Source: Haliotis rubra (Eukaryota). From it: a DNA stretch of 64,000 bases. A program made the position numbers and the translations under genes. Position 1 is the stretch's first letter. Every line of letters begins with the position of its first letter. Location of the stretch: NCBI RefSeq assembly GCF_003918875.1, contig NW_025767590.1, forward strand, positions 2,108,001-2,172,000, written 5' to 3'. Below the pieces are notes generated by a model, which searched no databases, had not been told where the DNA came from, and saw only the letters and a list, made by a program, of their open reading frames with translations. Positions 24,330 to 34,560 of the stretch are shown here, in pieces.

Positions 24330-27300
24330 AACACACCACCCTGGTTCACAATCCAACACACCATCCTGACTCTCAGTCCACCCACCACCCTGGTTCACAA
24401 TGCAACACACCATCCTGACTGTCAGTCCACCCACCACCCTGGTTCACAATCCAACCATCCTGACTTCTCAGTCCATCCACCACCTGACTCACCATCTTTT
24501 GAGTCCACCCACCACCCTGACTTCTCAGTTCACAACCTCTGGTTCACAACACACCATCCTGACTCTCCAGTCCACCCACCATCCTGGTTCACAATACAAA
24601 CACACCATCCTGGACTTCTCAGTCCATTCCACCCGAATTCCTGGTTCACAACACACCATCCTGGACTCTCAGTCCACTCCACCGCCTCTGGTTCACAACA
24701 CACCATCTTGACTCTCCAGTCCATCCACCACCTGGTTCACAACACACCATCTCTGACTCTTCTCAGTCCATCCACCTCCATTCTGGTTCACAATCCAACA
24801 CACCATCCTGGACTGTCAGTCCACCCACCAGCCTGGTTCACAATCTAACACACCATCCTGACTTCTCAGTCCACCCACCATCCTGGTTCACAATATAACA
24901 CACACCATCCTGCGACTAAGTCAGTCCACCCAATTTGGTTCACAATCTAACACACCATCCTGACTCTCAGTCCACCCACCATCCTGGTTCACAATCTAAC
25001 ACACCATCCAGACTGTCAGTCCATCCACCGCCCTGGTTCACAATCTAACACACCATCTTGACTCTCAGTCCATCCACCACCCTGGTTCACAACACACCAT
25101 CCTGACTCTCAGTCCACCCACCACCCTGGTTCACAATTGGTAACACACCATCTTTGACTCTCAGTCCACCCTGGTTCACAATACAACACACCATCCTGAC
25201 TCTCAGTCCACCCACCACCCTGGTTCACAATACAACACACCATCTTGGACTCTCAGTCCACCCACCACCCTGGTTCTGGCCACAATACACCATCCTGACT
25301 CTCAGTCCACCCACCACCCTGGTTCACAATTAACACACCATCTTGACTCTCAGTCCACCCTGGTTCACAATACAACACACCATCCTGACTCTCAGTCCAC
25401 CCACCACCCTGGTTCACAATACAACACACCATCTTGACTCTCAGTCCACCCTGGTTCACAATACAACACACCATCCTGACTGTCAGTCCACCCACCGCCC
25501 TGGTTCACAATACAACACACCATCTTGACTCTCAGTCCATCCACCGCCCTGGTTCACAACACACCATCTTGACTTCTCAGTCCACAACCCACTTTGATAT
25601 CCCTGGTTCGCAATACAACATACCATCTTGACTCTCAGTCCATCCACCGCCCTGGTTCACAATACAACACATCCTGACTCTCGAGTCCACCCACCGCCCT
25701 GGTTCACAACTGTACACCATCTTGACTCTCAGTCCACCCACGCCTGGTTCCCACAACACACCATCTTGACTCTCGAGTCCATCCACCGCCCTGGTTCACA
25801 ACACACCATCTTGACTCTCAGTCCATCCACCGCCCTGGTTCACAATACAACACACCATCTTGACTCTCAGTCCATCCACCGCCCTGGTTCACAATACAAC
25901 ACACCATCCTGACTCTCAGTCCACCCACCGCCCTGGTTCACAACACACCATCCTGACTCTCAGTCCATCCACCGCCCTGGTTCACAACACACCATCTTGA
26001 CTCTCAGTCCATCCACCACCCTGGTTCACAACACACCATCTTGACTCTCAGTCCATCCACCACCCTGGTTCACAACACACCATCCTGACTGTCAGTCCAC
26101 CAACCACCCTGGTTCACAATACAACACACCATCCTGACTGTCAGTCCACCCACCACCCTGGTTCACAACACACCATCTTGACTCTCAGTCCACCCACCAC
26201 CCTGGTTCACAATACAACACACCATCCTTGACTGTCAGTCCACCCACCACCTCTGGTTCACAACACACCATCTTGACTCTTCCAGTCCACTCCACCGCTT
26301 CTGGTTCCCAATACAACACACTATCTTTTGACTTCTCAGTCCATCCACCTGGTCCTGGTTCACAACACACCATCTTTGACTCTCAGTCCATCCACCGCCT
26401 TCTGGTTCACAATACAACACACCATCTTGATTTCAGTCTCATCCACCAGCTTCTGGTTCACAATACAACACACCATTCCTGACTCTCAGTCCACTCCACC
26501 GCCTTGGTTCACAACACACACATCCTGACTCTCAGTCCATCCACCGCCCTGGTTCACAACACACCATCTTTGACTTCTCAGTCCATCCACCACCGCCCTG
26601 GTTCACAACACACCATCTTTTGACTTCAGTCCATCCACCACCCTCTGTTCACAACACACACCATCCTGACTGTCAGTCCACCCACCACCCTGGTTCACAA
26701 TACAACACACCATCCTGACTGTCAGTCCACCCCACCACCCTGGTTCACAACAACACACCATCTTTCAGACTCTCAGTCCACCCACCACCCTGGTTCACAA
26801 TACAACACACCATCCTGACTCTCAGTCCACCCACCACCCTGGTTCACAACACACCATCTTGACTCTCAGTCCACCCACCACCCTGGTTCACAATACAACA
26901 CACCATCCTGACTGTCAGTCCACCCACCACCCTGGTTCACAACACACCATCCTGACTGTCAGTCCACTCCACCACCCTGGTTCACAATACAACACACCAT
27001 CCTGACTCTCAGTCCACCCACCGCCCTGGTTCACAATACAACACACCATCCTGACTGTCAGTCCACCCACCACCCTGGTTCACAATCCAACACACCATCC
27101 TGACTGTCAGTCCACCCACCACCCTGGTTCACAATACAACACACCATCCTGACTCTCAGTCCACCCTGGTTCACAACACACCATCTTGACTCTCAGTCCA
27201 CCCACCACCCTGGTTCACAACACACCATCTTGACTCTCAGTCCACCCTGGTTCACAACACACCATCTTGACTCTCAGTCCATCCACCACCCTGGTTCACA

Positions 27301-27545
27301 ACACACCATCCTGACTCTCAGTCCACCCACCGCCCTAGTTCACAATACAACACACCATCCTGACTCTCAGTCCACCCTGGTTCACAACACACCATCTTGA
27401 CTCTCAGTCCACCCACCGCCCTGGTTCACAATGCAACACACCATCCTGACTCTCAGTCCACCACACCACCCTGGTTCACAATCCAACACACTATCCTGAC
27501 TCTCAGTCCACCCACCACCCTGGTTCACAATGCAACACACCGCTC
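24330..27545. repeat. ~49-bp minisatellite (42/44/49-bp variants) in a 3' FANCF intron
   Basis: Unit CACACCATCCTGACTCTCAGTCCACCCACCACCCTGGTTCACAATACAA. Confidence 0.97.
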
Positions 27546-27679
27546 TGAATCATAACATAACACTCAACTCTGAATCATAATACAACTCACACCATTTCAT
27601 CTTCACAATACAAGACACCACCCCACACCAAATAAAAAAGGATAGTGATCATGAATATTTGTATGACAATAAATTGTTG

Positions 27680-27839
27680 AGGAATGAGGACTATTTTTAT
27701 GGATATACAACTTCTTAATTCTGTATAGGCGATGTTTCGACATAGATTCTAATGTCGTTGTCAAGCAATTAGAATGTATATCCATAAAATAGTCCTCATT
27801 CTTCATCTACCCAACTTCTAGAATGCCAATCAAAGAAGT
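27680..27839. mobile_element. Penelope-like element remnant (inverted pLTR fragments) with minimal hammerhead core
   Basis: Inverted arms GAATGAGGACTATTTT..TGGATATACA / TGTATATCCATAAAATAGTCCTCATTC; 12-bp TSD aataaattgttg; - strand TTGACAA-GACAT..ATGTC-GAAAC. Confidence 0.65.
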
Positions 27840-27901
27840 AATAAATTGTTGGACAAACCATACCCAATACAGGTCAGGCATTACAACACATATAATGACC
27901 A

Positions 27902-28157
27902 GACCTGTGAAGGTCCGGGCTGGAATTGATCTTCAGTAAACCACACTTGTGGCTTGTCCTAAGAGTTCACTAACAGGATCCTGTAGTCAGGCTCGCTGAC
28001 TTGGTTGACAAATGTCATCGTATCCCAATTGCATACATCGATAATCATGTTGTTGATCACTGGGTTGTCTGGTCCAGACTCGATTTTTTACAGACCACTG
28101 CCGTAAAGCTGGAATATTGCTGAGTGCGGCGTAAAACTAAACTCACTCACTCACTCA
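27902..28157 (+). mobile_element. SINE family B, full length
   Basis: GACCTGTGAAGGTCCGGG...GGCGTAAAACTAAA(CTCA)n. Confidence 0.85.
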
Positions 28158-28826
28158 TAAAATTACCATTGCTTAACAGCGATAGAACTCAGGGTCCTCA
28201 TTTATCCAGTGTATCATATTGAAGGTACAACAGTGGAAGTACACTGTTCTTCGTGACACAAACATCATGATGATCATTACTGGACTCATCTTGTAGCGTA
28301 CAACAAGTCTCCATACTCTGAAAATATCTTTTCCAGTGAGAACTTCAGTTTTAACAGTCTGATTCTCTTAACTATACCACTGATTTGGCATATTGTTACT
28401 ACTGCCTGTGTGCAACATGGAAGGCTAGACAATTTGACTTAGACAAGAGGGGAACAAGTCTTAGTTCATCCTTTTGCACTTCCACATACTGTACATTGTG
28501 TTCATGACCCATGTGCTATAAATTAGTTATTCCTCATCCCTGACTGAGAGAGATATGGCAGTCCATCTCACCATTGACATCTTGAGACTTTAAAACATAA
28601 TATATGCAAAAGGTTTGAAAGGCCGCAATAATGAATACAGATCCATGTCAAACGCACTTGAGAAAAGTCATTTCTCATTGTTGCTTCCAAACTCATGAGC
28701 TGGAAAGTCTGTTGTAAGTTTACAGTGATGAAAGCCATGGCACTACCATGGCCAAGTGAGACCAAGGTATTTATGACAACAGAAAGGAGATATAATACCC
28801 TTGATACACGAAGATGCTGCCATTAC

Positions 28827-28982
28827 CTCCATGAGTAGGGTCTTCCATTGGTCAGTTGCTCATGGTAGTGAGGTGACATCTGATCGGCTAGAAATGTCAG
28901 GTGATTTAAATACACTTCCCCAAACGACGAATCAGCAGAGACAGCCTTGGCCAGGATGAAATGTGGAATTCTCTGTAGTAGC
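28827..28982 (-). CDS. FANCF: FANCF-like, coding exon 5
   Basis: tctgcag|G CTA...TGG AG|gtaatg, 156 nt, phase 2-2, in frame with exon 4. Confidence 0.7.
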
Positions 28983-29371
28983 CTGCAGACATTGTATAAA
29001 CTTGTTGTAATGTGTTTAACTTTGGTGTAAAGTGTAGGTGCTCTGCACATTAGTGATTAAATAATCTATTCCAGTCCAAGTTTCAACATGATGAGAAAGT
29101 TTAGTGTTGCATAATAAAGTTCTCATACTTGTAGGCAAGTGACTGAAGAAGTGAACCATTTTGGAATTTCTCTTTGATTGCTATACATGCACTTTACTTA
29201 AACATATAATGTGCAATGGAGATCTGGCAACTTGATCTATCAGGAATATACAATTAAATATCATAATCAGTTGAGGGAGAATCACTGAGTGACAGATACC
29301 GCAGATACTATTCCTCTATATATTAAATGTCCTTCATACCAGATAACACCCACATCAAACCATACACCCAC

Positions 29372-29589
29372 CGTGAGTGATCAGTACTTTGTTGTGACAG
29401 CTTCACAATGTGAGGCACAAGGAATTTGGCCTGAGCAGTCATCAGTGGATTCTCAGAGTCAGGGGTAGGCGTACGTCTCCTATTCCTCGTCCACTTTCTC
29501 TTCTCTTGGACTTTCTCTTCTTGTATGCATCTCAAGATGTCCTCCTCCATGTCCTCTGTGATCTGTCCTTCAGCTACTTTTCTGAACAG
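29372..29589 (-). CDS. FANCF: FANCF-like, coding exon 4
   Basis: tatgcag|CTG...TCA CG|gtgggt, 218 nt, phase 0-2; within ORF 29323..29595. Confidence 0.7.
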
Positions 29590-30014
29590 CTGCATACAGG
29601 AGTGAGTGAGTGAGTGAGCGAGATAGTGAGTGAGTGAGCAAGATAGTGAGTGAGTTCAGTATTACTTTGAACAGTATGGCTGTTATATTATGTCATGTCA
29701 GCTTGCTTTGGGACGACTGAGTGAGTGATTAATGTTACTGTGGACAGTATTCCTGCTATTTTATGGAATGTCAGTTTGATGTCGGGGGAAGCCTGAAGTA
29801 ATGCAGACCAAGAAACATAATCAGGGTGAACCGGGATTCAAACCCACAGTCACAGGTTTCTGACACACATAAGGGACATAACTCTGCATTTCTGTAAAGC
29901 TGTGTCCCCTGTGAATCACCAACATCCCAGCACCTCCTGATGTGTTGTTGCTGACATTTTCACCAGGTGGTTGAACTAGACATACAAACACAGCAGCATT
30001 CCCATCACAACATT

Positions 30015-30261
30015 GAGTGAGTGAGTGAGTTTAGTTCTACGCCGCACTGAGCAATATTCCAGCTATATGGTGGCGGTCTGTAAATAATCATGTCTGACCC
30101 AGACAATCCAGTGATCAACAGCATGAGCATCGATATGCGCAATTGGGAACCGATGACATATGTCAGCCAAGTCAGCGAGCCTGACCTCCCATCCTGTTAG
30201 TCACCTCTTACGACAAGCATGGGTTACTGAAGGCACATTCTAACTCGGACCTTCATGGGTT
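30015..30261 (-). mobile_element. SINE family B, full length
   Basis: Family consensus with TSD catcacaacattg; a further copy at ~30875-31070. Confidence 0.88.
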
Positions 30262-31117
30262 CATCACAACATTGCCCATAGGGAATTTAGAAAATAAGGT
30301 GACAGCTGAACTTTATACCTGTTTCTATGCACCATGTTCCCCTGCAAACACTCCATACATTATATATGGAGCTCAGCTCATCAGAGAGCATGTCACTTTC
30401 AGTTTGTAAAGAATTGCCACAACTGAAACCTACAAAGTTCCCCGCCTCCAGCTTACATAGAAGGTGTTGGCAGTCCACATTTCCAACCTCACTTCCAGTT
30501 AGGCTAATATTACATTGTAATGCCTGGCTTCTTTCCAAGCTAACTACCATTTGAATAGATTCTACACTGATAAGGATGGAAGAGAGACAGGTGGCTTAGT
30601 CATCATGGGTGCCAGAATTCACTGCACAGATCTGCCAGACTGATATGCTGATAAGGATTTAAATCTGAGATCTTTCTGCACCATACTTAGGCTTACTGGT
30701 GTCAGTGCTCAGTGTGAACAGAGACCATATAGAAGATTAATATTAATAGACTGCATCAAACATTATTATCATATGGTATCTGGTGTGAAAATATGACCAC
30801 ACCAGGCAGTAGTCCTTAGCAACATGATGTTGGTCATTCCTCTTGCTGGTTAGTTTGTCTAATACTGCACACAGCAGGTGGTCTGCAAATAATCAAATCT
30901 GGACCAGACAATCCAGTGATTGACATCATGAGTATCAATCTATGTAACTGGGATGCAATGACATGCATCAACCAAGTCATCAAGTCTGACCAACCGATCA
31001 TGTTAGTCACCTCTTATGACAAACATGGGTTGCTGAAGACCCAGTTCTAATTCGCATCTTCATGGGTAGCCATTCCTCAGTCCTTCCATCTAGTACATTT
31101 GCTGAAGTATGTCCTAC

Positions 31118-31201
31118 CTCTTCCATTGTGTGACTGTGAATGTCAGCGCCCATTAGCTCTGTAATCACCTCTGCACTGGTGTTAGGATTCTTCAGAAGGA
31201 T
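31118..31201 (-). CDS. FANCF: FANCF-like, coding exon 3
   Basis: ttcttcatgacag|ATC...GAG|gtagga, 84 nt; ILLKNPNTSAEVITELMGADIHSHTMEE. Confidence 0.72.
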
Positions 31202-31274
31202 CTGTCATGAAGAAACCAATCAGAGAGATTAAACACATTACAGTCAGCACTGGGAATAGAGTTGTCCATAGAAC

Positions 31275-31440
31275 TGACTGACTGAGTTTTGGTTTTACGC
31301 CGCTTTTAGCAATATTCCAGCAACATCACGGCGGTAGACACCAGAAATGGGCTTCACACATTGTACCCATGTGGGGATTCGAACCCGGGTCTTTGGCGTG
31401 ACGAGCCAATGCTTTAACCACTAGGCTACCCCACCGCCCC
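31275..31440 (-). mobile_element. SINE family A
   Basis: Family consensus with TSD ttgtccatagaa. Confidence 0.9.
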
Positions 31441-31737
31441 TTGTCCATAGAAAATACGAAAGACTGCTCTATTGAAAATAGATGTAATCATCAATACTTC
31501 TTAACTATAAAAGAAGATTCTTAATGTATATATTTTCGTTCCAGTTTAGTTTAGAAATGGGAATCAAAGTCAGTAGATTTTAAGACAATGAATCTTAGCT
31601 GTTCAGAATTGAATGCATAATGGCACTATGGTCTTGTGCCATCACTGACACCATTCTGCTTGTTTTAAGTTTGCTGTTTGATGTCACATGACAACACAAC
31701 ATATAGTGCCTGAGGTTAATGTTAGACAAGAGGGTAC

Positions 31738-31878
31738 CTGCTGCAATAGTGACACAGCCTGACCCAGGAGATCCACAGACAGACACACTTGACTGGGAGG
31801 ATCAAGCAACAGCATCATCTCCACCAGCTTCTTGTTGACCGCTTCCTCAACTCGCTGTCCACTCACCTGCTGGTGGAT
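31738..31878 (-). CDS. FANCF: FANCF-like, coding exon 2
   Basis: ctgccag|ATC...CAG|gtaccc, 141 nt, phase 0-0; IHQQVSGQRVEEAVNKKLVEMMLLLDPPSQVCLSVDLLGQAVSLLQQ. Confidence 0.75.
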
Positions 31879-32335
31879 CTGGCAGTAGTCAAAATAAAAG
31901 AGAATAACATCGGGTTTGAGGCTATACAGTCTCTCCAGCACTTCAAGCTGTGTTGACTCAAAAGTATCACAATACATGCATAATTTAAATGACATATTAA
32001 TAACACAAATTTATTGCCTTTATGACAATAGATGAATATTTTTTGCATCTAGACCCACCATTAATCAAGTTTTGCTCAATATCAACTCGACCCACCCATT
32101 AAATGTTAAAAAAATTATGTTCTGCATTCTTTGTGTCAGTCTCAAAAATGGCTAATGTAAATGTTTCTGTGAGAGTGAAATACCACAAGGACTTTAGCCC
32201 AATCACTGAGATAAATTAATAAATTTGTATTGATATAGTATCAACATTAAACAATTACCTGTAAATTGATATTAACTCAAATGATATATTTATTCACTTC
32301 ATTTTTTTTTTTTTAATTAACATGATTAAAGTTAC

Positions 32336-32470
32336 CTTCTGGCAATAAGCTGCCCATTTGAGTGCATTGTTCAGTGACTGTACATCCCAGAGCCTTGCTT
32401 CACTCCCATCGGCCTGACCAAGAATCTGAGCAAATGTGTACACATTTTTCAGAACAGTTGACAAGGACAT
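32336..32470 (-). CDS. FANCF: FANCF-like protein, coding exon 1
   Basis: MSLSTVLKNVYTFAQILGQADGSEARLWDVQSLNNALKWAAYCQK matches the FANCF N-terminal WD....AL.WA.Y motif; acceptor ctttccag| 8 nt before the ATG; donor AAG|gtaact. Confidence 0.8.
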
Positions 32471-33514
32471 GGTTCCGTCTGGAAAGCAAAGTACTATTGC
32501 CATTAGAGCTGTAAAATATGTTGCGTTAGTCCACAAACTTAACCGTGTGATTAACAAGCATGGAGAAATGCAGGTTTTGGTTTTGATCAATGCAAGTCAC
32601 TGATTAATACTCAAAACCTGTAAGACATGTAATGTAACTTATCATCAACTGTGTCAGGGTGGAAAGCTGTTCTCTGTATAGTGTCCACAAACAAAATTTG
32701 ATTTGAGGCAGGACACCTTGTCCATATGATGAAATAACTTAATCCTGTCTGTAAGCTGATACAGTAAGGATTATCATCTAGGGAATAACATCCACACAGC
32801 ACCGGTGTCTTAACTACCAGTTTGACAATTAGGTGTACAATATATTGTGATATCTTTTTTGTCTGGTTCTGATGAGCTTAGATTTACCATTAAGAAATTT
32901 AAGTGGTCATTGAAATACTGCTTACGCCAATGAAAGAGGACATTTTGTACATGTTGATACTTAGAATATGACATTTATTACCTGAGTAGTGGGTTTAAGA
33001 CAAGGTGATTTACTTGGACATCATGTATATGGGGACATCACAAAATGTATTTCTATGTGTACCTACGGAGCACTGGGGTTTCCTGTGATTTGCTGCTCTA
33101 CGTTTTGAATTATGGGAACCCCTTATACATGTAGATTCTACTTATTGTCACTTGTAGAATTGTTTTTGTCAATATCAAGTCCGGTTATTTTGGTCCGATC
33201 TGAACACAAAGATGCACATCTAGATGGACCAGCATTTTCTGACTACACTGCTACACTGTCGTAAATACATTCACATGATTAATCTGCCAGTTCTTGCAGT
33301 CGATAATAAATAATCAGGGTGAAGGATAATCAACGACACCTGTCACACTGATGAACGTAAGATCAACCTCGGAGACGGATAGGTCACGTTCACCTGATTT
33401 CAATTAGCTACGCTAGCCTGACGTAATACATGCAGTCTAATGCATCATCATCAGTTGATAGTGTCTTTATATTACTTCTCATCACATCACACTTCTGACA
33501 GTAGATGTTTCACT

Positions 33515-33590
33515 ACGAAATTCCCGCCGCCATCCCACTGAAAATGTAAACTTCCGGTCTGGGCGCAAGTCAACTAAAATCCGGAAAATG
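33515..33590 (-). promoter_or_regulatory. Putative FANCF promoter
   Basis: E2F-like TTCCCGCC (33521-33528) and ETS-like ACTTCCGG (33550-33557) about 1 kb upstream of the first coding exon. Confidence 0.4.
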
Positions 33591-33791
33591 TGCACTTGGT
33601 GTACATATTTTCACATCGGTATGAAAGAGTAGAGACCATATAATTATATGCTCTCTGGATATTCCAGCGTTCGTATATTCCAGCGTTCGTATATCTACGG
33701 CGAAAGCCTGAAATGGGTTTCACAAGCCGGTTATTGGGGTGAAAACGCCCTTTACAGCGAATGAGACAGAAGGCCAAGGTTTAGTTCAGAT

Positions 33792-33826
33792 CAGAGACCA
33801 TATAATAGATTATTATATGGTCTCTG
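33792..33826. mobile_element. 35-bp micro-MITE with perfect 16-bp TIR and 7-bp TSD
   Basis: ttcagat|CAGAGACCATATAATA GAT TATTATATGGTCTCTG|ttcagat; degenerate sibling at 33630-33657. Confidence 0.8.
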
Positions 33827-34410
33827 TTCAGATATGATGGCGAAAAAACCCAACAGATTAATATCTGAAAATTAGTTTAAGATATCACTAATACTTTGGG
33901 AGAAAGGTATTGTCGTATGTTAGAAGACAACCCGTATTATTATCTGAAAATTATTAAAGGTGTCATCAATAATATTCCTGAAGAAAAACGTGTTACAAAG
34001 GTTTACATCTTAACATTAAACTACTATGATTTGGCCTTGACAGAACTACCGATGAATATCAACAAATTAAGCTTTTTTTGTATTTCCGAGAGATGACACT
34101 TAAATCTCTTGCAAGTATAGAATTTCACGTAATTAAAAACAGTCCTATGTTCACAGTTCTATATATGCCGTGAGAGGACATCACGCTCCACATGGAACAT
34201 CCTATCTTGTACTCATGGTTCCCGAATCCATTAAAATAAACATATTGAAATCATTTGGTAATGTTTCTCACTTACGTCGTTTGATGAACAACAAATTCAC
34301 ACAGGAACATTCAAGCATAATCAAGTGATTGACATCATGAGGCTCGATCCACACCACCAGCTAGGTGACAACGACAAGCAATCAACAAATCTGACCATTT
34401 CGTCAGCTCT

Positions 34411-34560
34411 TGGGGCGGTGGTCAAAGCGTTTACTCATCACGCCGAAGACCCGGGTTCGAATCGCTACATGTGTACAATGTGTGAAGCCCATTACTGGTG
34501 TCCCCGCCGTAATATTGCTGGAATATTGCTAAAAAGGGCGTAAAACCAACCTCACTCACT
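34411..34560 (+). mobile_element. SINE family A
   Basis: Family consensus; further partial copies at ~35030-35110, 37860-37990 and 51490-51660. Confidence 0.8.

Noticed and set aside
24400-26528. Many short ORFs on both strands
   Set aside because: All lie within the intronic 49-bp minisatellite.
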